A DNA stretch of 64,000 nucleotides, from assembly GCA_963828155.1 (NCBI GenBank), contig CAWHDQ010000001.1, forward strand, positions 643,684 to 707,683, in the 5' to 3' direction. This stretch comes from an uncultured Planctomycetaceae bacterium (GTDB lineage Bacteria > Planctomycetota > Planctomycetia > Pirellulales > PALSA-1355). The position numbers and the translations under genes were made by a program. The notes beneath the pieces are model-generated. The model worked only from the letters and a program-made list of their open reading frames with translations, ran no database searches and was not told the origin of the DNA. This document shows positions 8,922 to 19,365 of this stretch, in pieces. Within the stretch, counting starts at the first letter, position 1; each line of letters starts with the position of its first letter.

Positions 8922-11324
8922 ATGAACCACAGCCGTCTCGCGTGCGTCGTCGGATCGCTGGCCGGGATGCTGCTGGCAACCGGATTGCTCCTGGGCCCGG
9001 CGATTGGGCCTGCGGCGGCCCAGGGCATTCTGATCAACATCGAGCCCAACCAGCACGTGCTGCTCCCCCGGCCGATCTACGTCTATCCTGGCCCGCGCCG
9101 GTGCCCCCGCCCCCGGCCAGCACCTACAAGATCAAGGAGTTGACGGTCAACTGCCGGCTGGTCGATCAAGTCGCCCGCACGCAGGTCAGCCAGTCGTTCG
9201 TCAATACCGGCAGCGTGCAGATGGAAGTCTGCTTCGTCTTCCCGCTGCCCTACGACGGGGCGATCGACCAATTGACGCTGCTGGTCGACGGCAAGGAGTT
9301 TCCGGCCAGGCTGCTCGAAGCGGCCGAAGCCCGGCGGCTGTACGAGGAGACGGTCCGCAAGAATCGCGATCCGGCTTTGCTGGAGTGGATCGGCACCGGC
9401 ATGTTCAAGACCAGCGTGTTTCCGGTGCCGCCGGGGGCCGAGCGGAAGGTGACGCTTCGCTACTCGCAGCTCTGCCGCAAGGACCAGGGGCTGACCGATT
9501 TTCTGTTCCCCTGAGCACGGCCAAGTACACCTCGCACCCGGTCGAGAAGCTGGACATCCAGGTGACGATCGAGAAGCCGCCGACATCAAGAACGTCTACA
9601 GTCCCACGCACGCAGTCGACATTAAGCGGCCCGACGACAAGCACGCCAGCATTTCGTTCACCGCCAAGGACACGATTCCCGGCTCGGATTTCCGCCTGCT
9701 GTACGACGCGGGCAAGGGAGACGTCGGCGCGAGCGTGGTGAGCTATCGGCCCGACAAGAGCGACGACGGCTACTTCCTGCTGCTGGCCAGCCCGCAGATC
9801 AAGGCGGCCGACGACGAGCGGCCCAAGAAGACCGTGGTGTTCGTCGTCGATCGCTCAGGCAGCATGAGCGGCGAGAAGTTCAACCAGGCCAAGGGCGCTG
9901 CGCTTCGTGCTCGACAATCTGCGCCAAGGCGATCTGCTCAACGTCGTGGCCTTCGACAGTCAGGTGGAAAGCTTCCGCCCCGAGCTGCAGAAATTCAACG
10001 ACGAAACGCGCAAGGCCGCGCTCGGCTTCGTGGAAAGTCTGTATCCCGGCGGCAGCACGAATATTTCCGGCGCTCCACGCGGCGCTCGGCCAGTTGCAGG
10101 ACTCCAGCCGGCCAAATTTCGTGATCTTTCTGACCGACGGGTTGCCGACCGACGGCCAGACCAACGAGGGGCAGATCGTCGCGGCAACCAAGTCGGACAA
10201 CAAAGTCCACGCCCGGATGTTCACCTTCGGCGTAGGCTACGACGTCAACAGCCGGCTGTTGGACAAGCTGGCCCGGATCAATTTCGGCCAGAGCGACTAC
10301 GTGCGGCCCAACGAGAACATCGAGGCCAAGGTGGCCGGGCTTTACAACCGGATCGGCTCGCCGGTGATGACCGATCTGGCCATCCTGCTCGACGTCGACG
10401 GGGCGAAAGTCGAGGACGGCAAGGCGGTCAATCGCATTTATCCGGCCGAGGTACGCGACCTGTTTGCCGGCGAGCAGCTCGTGCTGGTGGGCCGCTACAA
10501 GCGGCCCGGCGCGGCCAAGGTGACGATCAGCGGCAAAGTGGGAGCCCGGGACGAGAAGCTCGATTTTCCTGCCACCCTCGTGGAGCAGAGCAGCGACTCC
10601 ACCAACGGCTTCGTCGAAAAGCTCTGGGCCGTCCGCCGCGTGGGCGACATCCTCGACGAGATCGACCTCAAAGGCAAAAACGACGAGCTGGTCAAGGAGC
10701 TGGTTCAATTGGCCACGCGGCACGGAATCCTGACTCCCTACACCTCGTTCCTGGCCGACGAAACGACCGACCGCCACAATCTGGCCGCCAATGCCACGCG
10801 AGCCGGGGAGCATTTGCGCGAGCTCGATCGGGTCGATGGCCGGGGCGGAGTCGCCCAGCGGGCCGCCAAGGGCAAGTACCAGTACGCCCAGCGGGCCGAC
10901 GAAGGTCGTCGGGCGCGCTCGGCGGAGCCTACTTCGACGCCGAAGAAGCCGCCGCCTCCGAGTCGACGCCGGCGGCTTCGGCAGCGCCGCGCCAGGCATT
11001 TGCAGCCGGCCGACCAGGTGGCGCCCCGCGGTGCCGCTAACGGCCTGGGCCTTGCCGGCCGCCCCCGGACTGGCCGCACCCAAAGATGTCGAACGGGCCG
11101 AAGCCGCGGTCCAGCGCGTTGGCCGCAAGACGTTCTATCGCCGCGGCGAGCAATGGGTCGATTCGGTCCTGACCGCCGAGCAGGAGAAGAACCCGCAGAA
11201 GATCGAGCGGTTCAGTCAGCCGTACTTCGACCTGATCGACAAGTACGGCAAAGAGGTGGCGAAGTACCTGAACTTCGACGAGCCGGTCGTGGTCGAGCTG
11301 GGGGGCAAGGCCTACGCCTTCTGA
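8922..11324 (+). CDS. VIT + von Willebrand factor A domain protein, at least 7 frame disruptions
   Basis: An ATG at 8922 gives the signal MNHSRLACVVGSLAGMLLATGLLLGPAIGPAAAQG. The VIT-like region reads YKIKELTVNCRLVDQVARTQVSQSFVNTG..FPLPYDGAIDQLTLLVDG. The vWA MIDAS motif is VVFVVDRSGSMSG...GGSTNI...FLTDGLPTDG. The C-terminus reads ..FYRRGEQWVDSVL..ELGGKAYAF. The pieces come from ORFs 8772, 8849, 9385, 9735, 9907, 10094 and 10791, with junctions at about 9095, 9510, 9575, 9895 and 10075 and at least 2 more between 10900 and 11060. Confidence 0.8.
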
Positions 11325-11341
11325 CGGCTGTTCCCCAGGCG

Positions 11342-12052
11342 CTACCAGGCGCTCGGGGCCAACCAGGCGTCGGCATCCATCCCCAGGCGAATCTTCAGTT
11401 CCTGGAACTGCTCGGCGAAGGTTTCGCTCGACGAGTGGACGTGCTCGGCTTCGGTCACGAACTTCATTTTGTCGTTGCAGCGCACATTGCGGTCCGCGAG
11501 CACCCGTTCGTAGGCTTCCAGTTGGTTGCCGTAGACGATCAGCAACTTGTGCTCGTCGAACTGCACTTCCTGCGGAATGCTCGGGTTGAGCACGGCGATC
11601 CCGGTGCAGCCGTCGTTGACAAGCAGGTCCTCGTACTCATAGAGGATGCTCTTCAGGACCGGCAGGTCGATGTGCTCGCGATATAGGTCGGAGTGCCCCC
11701 GGGCCTGGCGGTTGTGGCTGGTCTCCAGCACCACGTCGACCTCGCTGCCCAGCGGATCCAACAGGTCCATGAACACCTCGAACAGGTGCTCGCACGAGGC
11801 CGAGGCCATCAGCACCGGCACGCTGGTTTTCGACTCTTCATCGCGGTAGGCATCGTGGCGGAAACCCTGCGAGGGGACCACTTGCAGGTCGTAGCTGGGA
11901 CGCACCGCGCCGGAGAGGAGGAAGTCGCCATAGCGGGCGACGCTCAGGTGGGCCTCCAACTGCTCCTCGCTCAAATGCTCGAAGCTGCTCGAAGACTGCG
12001 GCTGGCCGCCGTCGCGAAAGACGTTGCGGAAGAACTTCTTCAAAAACCCCAT
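11342..12052 (-). CDS. hypothetical protein (no recognised domain)
   Basis: The ORF 11342..12064 is intact, with the probable start at MGFLKKFF. The composition is globular (..CEHLFEVFMDLLDPLGSEVDVVLETSHNRQ..IAVLNPSIPQEVQFDEHKLLIVYGNQLEAYERVL..). Confidence 0.6.
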   Translation of the reverse strand: MGFLKKFFRNVFRDGGQPQSSSSFEHLSEEQLEAHLSVARYGDFLLSGAVRPSYDLQVVPSQGFRHDAYRDEESKTSVPVLMASASCEHLFEVFMDLLDPLGSEVDVVLETSHNRQARGHSDLYREHIDLPVLKSILYEYEDLLVNDGCTGIAVLNPSIPQEVQFDEHKLLIVYGNQLEAYERVLADRNVRCNDKMKFVTEAEHVHSSSETFAEQFQELKIRLGMDADAWLAPSAW

Positions 12053-12819
12053 CGGCGACCTCAAGAAAGTAGCAGTGCGGGTCAGCAGTGCCGCGAGTCG
12101 TTCACTCCCCCAAACTTAGGTCATGCCCGCAGAGCGTGGTCTGTGGCCGGCGGCAAAACTTCGCCCCGGCCGCGACAAATCCGCCCCACACAAACGTCAT
12201 AGCCGGACATGATTGCCGCCAGGGTTAGGGTTGCAGGTCCGCACCGTCTGCCGCCCCCCCGGCCTGTGCCGCGTGTACCGTGTATGCCGGCGCCGGCCGC
12301 TTTCCTCGATCGCGGAAAACGGCAAAACTCGCGATACCCCTTGGCGGCGTGGAGCGCTCCCAGGGTGGCCCCTGAGCGCACTTTGACCGCGAGCCGGGCG
12401 GCCAATGGAACTCTACCACTCGCGCAGGGAGTGTAGATTCGCGGCGCCCCTTGGAACCTGATTCTTTGCGGCAACTTGCGAAGCTGTGCCGGCTGCAGAA
12501 GGCTTGCCGCCCGGCGGTGGGCCTCCGCGGCTAAGCGATCCGCCAGCGAGTGATCGCCCACCGGCGGGAACGTCCGCGACGGATGACCGGTCGGCGGCGC
12601 CTCCGCTCGGAATAGGATGCGCAATCGATCCGGTTCGATTGCTGGGCCGCTCGGAGTGCCCGCGCGGGTTTCTTTCCAGCCGCTTCGCCCGCCTGCATCG
12701 GCTGTCCGCGGCCGGGCGAGCCAGGACGGGGGTGTGCCCCGGGCGGCCGAGTCCAGCTATACTCAAATGCAGGGCCGCCAGACCGACGGCCGCGGAAGCT
12801 CAGCGCAGCGGGGCCCACC

Positions 12820-13680
12820 ATGGCCGGCCCAAGGACCAAGCGATTTGCTGCCGGCGTGGTTCGCTGGCTGCGGCTGGCGCTCGTCGCCTATTTGCTCTGC
12901 CTGTTGGTGCTGATGATCTTCGAAGAACGCCTGATCTTCTTCCCCCTCCGCCATCCGCATGGCACCTGGCAGCCGCCCGGGCTGACGTTCGAGGACGCCT
13001 GGACCGAAACGGCCGATGGTGTTTCGATTCACGGCTGGTATGTCGAGCACCCGCAGCCGCGGGCGATCGTGGTCTTTGCCCACGGCAACGCCGGCAACGT
13101 GACGCATCGCAACGAGATTCTCCGCCATTTTCGCGGGCTCGGGGTCAGCGCGCTGGTGTTCGATTATCGCGGCTACGGGCGGAGTGCCGGTTCGCCCAAC
13201 GAAGCCGGCGTGCTGGCCGACGCGCGGGCTGCCCGGGCCTGGCTAGCCCGCCGGGCTGGAGTGCCCGAAAGCCAGATCGTGCTGGCCGGCGAATCGCTGG
13301 GGGGCGGCGTGCAGGTCGACCTGGCGGCAAGCGATGGAGCCCGGGGCTTGATCCTGCTCAATACCTTCGATTCGCTCCCCGATGTGGCGGCTGAAATCTA
13401 TCCCTGGTGGATTCCGGTTCGGCTGTTAATGCGGACCCGGCTCGACTCGGCCAGCAAGATCGGCCGCTATGATGGCCCGCTGCTGCAAGTTCACGGCACG
13501 AGCGACAGTATCGTGCCGATCCACTGTGCCCGGCGGCTCCACGCCGCGGCGCGCGAACCGAAAACGTGGGTCGAGGTTCCCGGCGGCGATCATAACGATC
13601 CCTGGGGCCACGAAACCCTTTCGGCAATCGACCGGTTTTTGGACGAATTGCCGCCAGTCGATGGGGCGCGCCGGCCGTGA
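12820..13680 (+). CDS. alpha/beta hydrolase (BEM46/abhydrolase-like) with N-terminal TM anchor
   Basis: The 286-aa ORF is intact. It carries HGNAGN, the nucleophile elbow GESLGG, and a C-terminal ..VPGGDHND. Confidence 0.85.
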   Translation: MAGPRTKRFAAGVVRWLRLALVAYLLCLLVLMIFEERLIFFPLRHPHGTWQPPGLTFEDAWTETADGVSIHGWYVEHPQPRAIVVFAHGNAGNVTHRNEILRHFRGLGVSALVFDYRGYGRSAGSPNEAGVLADARAARAWLARRAGVPESQIVLAGESLGGGVQVDLAASDGARGLILLNTFDSLPDVAAEIYPWWIPVRLLMRTRLDSASKIGRYDGPLLQVHGTSDSIVPIHCARRLHAAAREPKTWVEVPGGDHNDPWGHETLSAIDRFLDELPPVDGARRP

Positions 13681-13702
13681 GCGATGCCCGCGCACGAGAG
13701 CC

Positions 13703-13725
13703 GATCGGGGAGTTCGTTCCCGATC
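13703..13725. terminator. hairpin between convergent genes (possible bidirectional terminator)
   Basis: gatcgggg(a) / gttcgt / tcccgatc forms a 7-8 bp GC-rich stem in the 55-nt gap between the stops at 13680 (+) and 13736 (-). There is no clear U-tract. Confidence 0.3.
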
Positions 13726-13735
13726 CGCTGGCGTC

Positions 13736-14598
13736 CTAACTCAGCTGGGCCAGCAATTCGTCCATTTCCCTTCGCAGCCGCGCAACCTGTTCGCGGAGTT
13801 CGTTTACCTCGTCGCGCAATTCGCCAATGATTCCGATTAAGGGGGACGTCGCGGCTGGCAAGTCGTTGCGGACCGGCGCAGGGACCGGCGGCGCACTCCC
13901 GGCAGACTGCGGAACGTGAGCTGGCGTGGCGGCAGTCGGCGCAGGGTTCGGCGCCGGCGGTGTAACCGCTGCCGGTGCGGCGCGTGGCGGGGCCGGTGGT
14001 GCGGCGTAAGTCGGCGCTGTCTGCACCTCGCCATGTTCGGCCCGCAGCTTGTCCAACTCCCGCGGCTCGTACAGGGCGTGCGTGACCACATGTCCTCGCC
14101 CGGGAGCCGAAAGCGACAGGATCAGGCCCTTGCGGGTCAGCGATTCGAGGATCGGCCGCAGCGCTGCCAGATCGGGGATTGGGTCCATCCGGGCTGCCCG
14201 GCCGCGCAGCTCCCCCTCGGTCTGGGCGCCGCGCAACAGCAGCTCGGTCATCACGGCCAGCTCGACTTTGTCGACTCCCAGCCAGTCGTACATCTGATGA
14301 CGGAACCGGGCGACGCGTCCGCCCCCCTGCACTTCGGTGATCGCGCCAGGCCGCGAAGCCGATCGAGCGACTCGCTGATATCTTCCTCCTCCAGCTCCAT
14401 CAACGGGTAGCGGTTGTTTTTCTGGTTGGCACCGGTCCGCAGGGCGTTCACGCTCATCGGATAGGCGTCGGGGGTCGTTTTGGCCTTCTCGACCAAAACG
14501 CCCAGCACGCGCCGGTCGATGGCCGAAATCGGCCGCCACCGCGGCGCGGCGGCGGGACCACTGCCCGTTGGGGCCGCGGACGGAGCTTGCTCGTGCAT
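13736..14598 (-). CDS. DUF480 (YceH-like) winged-helix protein with Pro/Ala-rich linker and C-terminal coiled coil, one frame disruption
   Basis: I joined ORF 14251..14598 (DRRVLGVLVEKAKTTPDAYPMSVNALRTGANQKNNRYPLMELEEEDISESLDRLRGL) with ORF 13736..14671 (AITEVQGGGRVARFRHQMYDWLGVDKVELAVMTELLLRGAQTEGELRGRAARM...). The junction is at about 14345. Confidence 0.7.
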
Positions 14599-14879
14599 AA
14601 CGGGTTCCTGCGATGAGCCTTTCGATCACTACCGGTTCGGTCGCTCTAGCAGCGGCCGGGCCAGACGTCAACGAATTGCACTGGGCGGCGGCGAGTGCGC
14701 CAATCTAAATCCGGCGGGTGCGGCCGGCAAGCGGCCGAGGGCGACCGATGGTAGCCCGGCTGCGGCCATCCTGGTAAAAATGGTGGCGTGCCCCCAGGCG
14801 AGCCGGGACCGGCGCAAGCTCGGCCGGCAAGGGTGCGGCGCAACATCTCGACCCATGGTCCGGGGGGAAAGAAACCAGC

Positions 14880-15416
14880 ATGCCAGCCAATTCGCCCTTG
14901 AGCGGACGGCGGTACCTCACGTTCGTCGACGACGTTTACGAAGACCTGGAATTGTGGTACCCGCGTCTGCGGTTGATCGAAGCCGGGGCCCACGTCACGG
15001 TCGCCGGCCCTGCCGCCGATAAGGTTTATCAAGGCAAGCACGGCTATCCCTGTCGCGCGGACGCGGCAATCGCCGACATGGACGCGGCCGACTTTCAGGG
15101 CGTGATCCTGCCCGGCGGCTTCATGCCCGACAAGCTCCGCCGCGATGCCCGGGTTCTGGCGCTGGTCCGCGACTTTGCCGCGGCCGGCAAACTGGTGGCC
15201 GCGATCTGCCACGGCGGCTGGATTGCCATCTCGGCCGGCGTTTATCGCGGCGTGCGGGTCACCGGTTCGCCGGGAATCAAGGACGACCTGGTCAACGCGG
15301 GAGCCCACTGGGAGGATGCGGCCGTCGTGGTCGACCGGAATTTCATCTCCAGCCGCAAGCCGGACGACCTGCCCGATTTTCTGCGGGCCATTCTGGCCTT
15401 CACGGTCGAGCACTAA
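14880..15416 (+). CDS. DJ-1/PfpI family protein (PfpI-type intracellular protease/glyoxalase-like)
   Basis: The 178-aa ORF is intact, with the nucleophile elbow AAICHGG and ..VVDRNFISSRKPDDLPDF. Confidence 0.85.
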   Translation: MPANSPLSGRRYLTFVDDVYEDLELWYPRLRLIEAGAHVTVAGPAADKVYQGKHGYPCRADAAIADMDAADFQGVILPGGFMPDKLRRDARVLALVRDFAAAGKLVAAICHGGWIAISAGVYRGVRVTGSPGIKDDLVNAGAHWEDAAVVVDRNFISSRKPDDLPDFLRAILAFTVEH

Positions 15417-15540
15417 TGGCGGGCCGGACCGCCCCAGGGGCTGGCCCAACTGCCAGGCCTGGCACGACCGGCAGCGTCCGAGGGGCTCGACCCGCGGGCA
15501 ACCCGGCCGTTTTTCCGCATTCGATCCGCAAACGCGAGTC

Positions 15541-16602
15541 ATGAGCATGGATTGGTTTTGGACTTTCTTGGGGGTGTTGGCCGTTCCGCTCTTGGTCCTG
15601 GTCAACGCGCTGTTCGTGGCCGCCGAGTTTTCGCTGGTGTCGGTTCGTCGGACCCAGGTGGAGCAAATGGTCAAGGCCCGCCGGACCGGCGCGGTGGCCG
15701 TGCTGGGGGCGCTCGATCATCTGGACGACGCGATCGCGGCCACCCAGCTGGGAATCACGCTGGCCAGCCTCGCCCTGGGCTGGATCGGCGAGCCCTGCCT
15801 GGCCCGGAGCGTCCAGCCGGCCCTGTTGTTTCTGCCGTTCAAATGGTCGGTGGCGGCCAGCCACGGCCTGGCCACGGCCGTGTCGTTTCTGCTGATCACC
15901 GTGCTGCACGTGATCTTGGGGGAGTTCACGCCCAAAGCGATGGCCCTGCAGCGGCCTGATAGCTTCAGCCTTTGGCTGGCCCAGCCGTTGCTCTGGTTTG
16001 CACGGCTGACGCGGCCGTTCATCACCGTGATCAACGCAGCCGGCAACGGGATCATCCGGCTACTGGGATTCGACCCGGTCTATGGGCACGAGATGGTCCA
16101 CTCCGTCGAGGAGCTGGGCCTGCTGATCGAGGAAACCCGGCGGGCGGGCGTCCTACCCCGCGACCAGGCCGAGTACGTGACCAACGTGTTCCGCTTGCCC
16201 GCCAAGCGGGTCCGCGATTGCCTGGTGCCGCCCGAGCGGATGGCGGCCCTCGAGCTGCACATGCCCGAGGAACAAATTCTGGAGGCGGTGCGCGACGGCG
16301 CCCATACTCGGATGCCGGTTTACGACGGCGATCCGGACAACATCGTGGGGATCGTCAACACTAAGGATCTGTTCCACTTGTTCAGCCTGCGGGGCATGGT
16401 CGTCCTGGACGACGCCATGTACCTGCCGATGTTCGTCAGTCCGGACAAGCCGATCTCGGAGGTGCTCCGCCAGTTTCGCCGCAAGCGGCGGCCGATGGCG
16501 ATCGTGCGCGATGCGACCGGCCGGGTGCTCGGCCTGATCACGATGGAAGACATTATCGAAGAGATCGTGGGCGAAATCGAGGACGAGCACGACGTCCCGT
16601 GA
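15541..16602 (+). CDS. CNNM/DUF21 transmembrane domain + CBS-pair protein (HlyC/CorC-type transporter family)
   Basis: An ATG at 15541 lies within ORF 15145..16602. The DUF21 motif is NALFVAAEFSLVSVRRTQVE and GEFTPKAMAL. The CBS pair is followed by EDIIEEIVGEIEDEHD. No CorC_HlyC C-terminal domain follows. Confidence 0.85.
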   Translation: MSMDWFWTFLGVLAVPLLVLVNALFVAAEFSLVSVRRTQVEQMVKARRTGAVAVLGALDHLDDAIAATQLGITLASLALGWIGEPCLARSVQPALLFLPFKWSVAASHGLATAVSFLLITVLHVILGEFTPKAMALQRPDSFSLWLAQPLLWFARLTRPFITVINAAGNGIIRLLGFDPVYGHEMVHSVEELGLLIEETRRAGVLPRDQAEYVTNVFRLPAKRVRDCLVPPERMAALELHMPEEQILEAVRDGAHTRMPVYDGDPDNIVGIVNTKDLFHLFSLRGMVVLDDAMYLPMFVSPDKPISEVLRQFRRKRRPMAIVRDATGRVLGLITMEDIIEEIVGEIEDEHDVP

Positions 16603-16643
16603 CGTCCGGGCCTGGCGGAGCCCGGCCGATCGCCGACTCGTCG

Positions 16644-16886
16644 TCAGCGGACCACTTTCTCGCAGATGTCGCGCAGCTCGCCGAGCGACAGTTCTTCGAG
16701 CCGCTTGCCGCGCGAGTCGAGATGTTCGTTGATCTTGATCGCGGTTTCCTGCATCACGCCGTGGGTTTCTTCCGAGCCGCCGGCCAGCACGAAATTCTTG
16801 CCCCGCGTGAGCCGCTTATGGCCATCGTGGGCATCGAAGGCCAGTCCCACCAGGGTGGCCTGCTTGGATTTGCCGTTTGCCCGCAT
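16644..16886 (-). CDS. small hypothetical protein
   Basis: An ATG at 16886 is preceded by gaggg (SD-like). The sequence is MRANGKSKQATLVGLAFDAHDGHKRLTRGKNFVLAGGSEETHGVMQETAIKINEHLDSRGKRLEELSLGELRDICEKVV. A TTGGCC-N18-TATAAT promoter-like motif lies upstream on the minus strand (17011-16982). Confidence 0.5.
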   Translation of the reverse strand: MRANGKSKQATLVGLAFDAHDGHKRLTRGKNFVLAGGSEETHGVMQETAIKINEHLDSRGKRLEELSLGELRDICEKVVR

Positions 16887-17084
16887 GAACACCCTCGAAT
16901 CGTGACCAGGTCCCTGAGTCGATATCGCGGCAACTGGCACCCAGGGCCCCTGGATTGGCCAGTTTTCCGCATTCCTGTCAAATTATACGCAGCTAGTCGA
17001 GCTTCGGCCAAACCGGCGGGGCAACGTTAGCTTTCCTGCTGGCAGGCCCAGCTTGGGTGTTCTGGCCCGACGCGGCGGCAACCT

Positions 17085-17291
17085 TTACTGACCGGCTGTA
17101 AGCACCTCGCGGACCAGGGCTTTGGCCAATTTGAAGGCCCCGAGCAGCGTGTGGCAGCGAACTTCCATCTGATCGTGATTGAAGTTGAACGCACCTTCGC
17201 TGGGCGGCAAGCCGGCGATCGTGGTGGTCAGCGGCAAGAGATCGAGAAACTCGCGGTAACGGCGCTTCATCGTTTCTTCGTCGACGGGCAT
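17085..17291 (-). CDS. small hypothetical protein
   Basis: The 68-aa ORF has a strong SD (GAGGAGG) about 7 nt upstream of the ATG. The composition is protein-like. Confidence 0.5.
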   Translation of the reverse strand: MPVDEETMKRRYREFLDLLPLTTTIAGLPPSEGAFNFNHDQMEVRCHTLLGAFKLAKALVREVLTAGQ

Positions 17292-17564
17292 GCTGGAGTC
17301 CTCCTCGGGGTTAATTCGTCACCGGGCCTTAAGTCTTGGGGCCGACCGGCGTGCTGCTGCGGCCCTAGTATAGGCAGCGGCCGGCCCGGCGCCACCGGCC
17401 TTGGGGTCGGCCCCGGCCCTGGTTTCTGGCTGATGCCCTAGGGCGTCGCGCGGCTGACATTCGCCTTTCGTCGCGAGAGCCAATTGAGGTACGCTCCCCC
17501 CGGTGCAGCAGACCGACGGGAATCAACCGCGGACCAGCGGCGGCTGGCCCAGGCGAGGCCGAAC

Positions 17565-17798
17565 ATGCCGGGAGAGAATCTCGATCTGGCCAGCGACGAC
17601 GGCCGGCGGCCCGCCGAGGCGCCCACGGCGGGGCGGCCGTTCGTCGGCCTGCGGTTTCGCTGCTGCGACGTCTACACCCGGATCTACATCAACCGCGAGC
17701 GGACCGCCTATCGTGGGGCGTGTCCGCGGTGCGGTTTGCCGGTGGAACTACGAATCGGGCCCGGCGGCACCGATGCTCGGTTTTTCTCGGTGTCCTAG
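17565..17798 (+). CDS. small Cys-containing (zinc-ribbon-like) hypothetical protein
   Basis: An ATG at 17565 lies within ORF 17484..17798. The sequence reads ..FVGLRFRCCDVYTRIYINRERTAYRGACPRCGLPVELRIGPGG.., giving a CC...CxxC arrangement. Confidence 0.45.
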   Translation: MPGENLDLASDDGRRPAEAPTAGRPFVGLRFRCCDVYTRIYINRERTAYRGACPRCGLPVELRIGPGGTDARFFSVS

Positions 17799-17886
17799 CT
17801 GCCGGCGTTGTGTTGCTAGCGACGATTGGCGGCACGCCAGCGTGTCTTGAGCCGGCTCGCCCTTTCGCGTACCATTCCGCACCTTT

Positions 17887-18371
17887 ATGGACTACGAAGT
17901 CGGGCGTGCATCCCGTCACTGCGCGGCGACCGGTCGCGAAATCCAACCGGGCGAAACGTTTTATTCGACGTTGAGCGCCCAAGGAGCCGACGTGCTCAGG
18001 CAAGACTATTCCTCCGAAGGCTGGCTCGGACCTCCCGAAGGCGTGCTGGCCTGGTGGCAAGCGACGATGCCCGCTCGCGACACGAAGCGGCAAAGCTGGG
18101 CCCCCAGCGACGTAATGCTCGACTTGCTCGAGCAACTGGAATCGCAGAGCGAGCGGCACGACATGCGGTACGTGCTTTCGCTGCTCTTGATTCGCCGCCG
18201 CGTGGTCCGGCTGGAAGACGTCGAGCACGACGAGCTGGGCGCGAAGTCTCGCTGCTGTACTGCCCGCGCCGCGACGTGACCTATCGCGTGCTGACCGTCA
18301 TTCCCGGCGACGAGCGGACGCAGGCTATCCAGCAGGAGCTGGCCAAATTGCTCGAAGCCCGAGCGTCGTAA
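17887..18371 (+). CDS. hypothetical protein, one frame disruption
   Basis: I joined ORF 17887..18279 (MDYEVGRASRHCAATGREIQPGETFYSTL...RYVLSLLLIRRRVVRLEDVEHDELG) with the tail of ORF 17826..18371 (REVSLLYCPRRDVTYRVLTVIPGDERTQAIQQELAKLLEA). The junction is at about 18240. Confidence 0.55.
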
Positions 18372-18456
18372 CGGCGCGGCCAAATCACTTCGTTTCGCCG
18401 CCTACAGGTCGTTCTCAATTCTCTGTCGCGGCGCGAAACCTGCGGAGTCGCCTGAC

Positions 18457-19365
18457 TTGTTCGGCAAACCCCTCACCTTGCTAGCCGTCGCCGTGCTCGT
18501 ATTTGCCGCGAGTGGAGCTGCCTGTCCGCAATTCCTGCAGCAGTACACGCAGCCGATTCCCCGCGCCCTGCCCGACAACGCCACGCTGGCCCAGGTGGTC
18601 GACGTCGTCAACAACAACAGTGCCCAGATTCACGACCTGTACACCAATCATGGCTCGATCAGCGTGCCGGGCATGCCGTCGCTGCGGGCCCTGATCGCGT
18701 ATCAGCGGCAGCGAAACTTTCGCCTCCGGGCCGACACGGCCTTTACCGGGCCGGAAGTCGACGTCGGCAGCAACGACCAGCTGTTCTGGTACTGGGTCAA
18801 GCGGAACCAGCCGCCCGCGTTCTTCTATTGCCTGCACGACCAGTTCGCCGGCAGTCAGGCCCGGCAGGTCGTGCCGATCGAGCCCGAGTGGCTCGTCCGG
18901 GCGCTGGGCGTGGTCAGCTTCGAGCCGGGGGTCGTCCACGAAGGGCCGATCCCGATCAGCGCCGGCCGGCTCGAGGTCCGCACCCCGCCGCTGTTGCCTG
19001 GCGGCAATACTCGAGTCACGGTGATCGACGCCTCGCGGGGCGTCGTGCTGGAAGAACACGTCTACGATCCGCACGGCACGCGGCTGGCCACGGCCCTGCT
19101 CAGCCGGCACCGCCGCGACGGCACCACGGGCATCACGCTGCCCCGGCACGTGGATGTGCATTTGCCGGCCGCGCAACTGGAGATCGGCATCGACCTGAAC
19201 AACCTGCAGATCAACTCGCTCAGCGCGACGCAGGCCGACTTGTTCGCCAAGCCTGCCTATCCCGGTTACACCGACGTCAACCTGGCCGATCCCAACCTGC
19301 GGCTGATCGAACCCGGCGCCACCACTCGCCTGCCGCAAGTCCCGCCGCAGGCAGTGAGATATTGA
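18457..19365 (+). CDS. secreted hypothetical protein
   Basis: The 302-aa ORF is intact. The signal peptide is [23 protein letters not shown]. The body has a globular, beta-rich composition. Confidence 0.65.
   Translation: MFGKPLTLLAVAVLVFAASGAACPQFLQQYTQPIPRALPDNATLAQVVDVVNNNSAQIHDLYTNHGSISVPGMPSLRALIAYQRQRNFRLRADTAFTGPEVDVGSNDQLFWYWVKRNQPPAFFYCLHDQFAGSQARQVVPIEPEWLVRALGVVSFEPGVVHEGPIPISAGRLEVRTPPLLPGGNTRVTVIDASRGVVLEEHVYDPHGTRLATALLSRHRRDGTTGITLPRHVDVHLPAAQLEIGIDLNNLQINSLSATQADLFAKPAYPGYTDVNLADPNLRLIEPGATTRLPQVPPQAVRY

Noticed and set aside
12299-12307. A minus-strand GAGGAAAGC resembling the RNase P RNA P4 box (GAGGAAAGUCCGGGC), with a CCGGCTAT about 110 nt downstream.
   Set aside because: The spacing is far too short for RNase P RNA. 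The other conserved regions (GGUAAGGGUGAAAGGGUG, ACAGAA) are absent.
12621-12642. A GGTTCGATT motif suggestive of a tRNA T-arm.
   Set aside because: It is part of a simple, perfect 8-bp hairpin (gcaatcga/tcgattgc). No acceptor, D or anticodon arms can be drawn around it. I found no tRNA elsewhere in the window.
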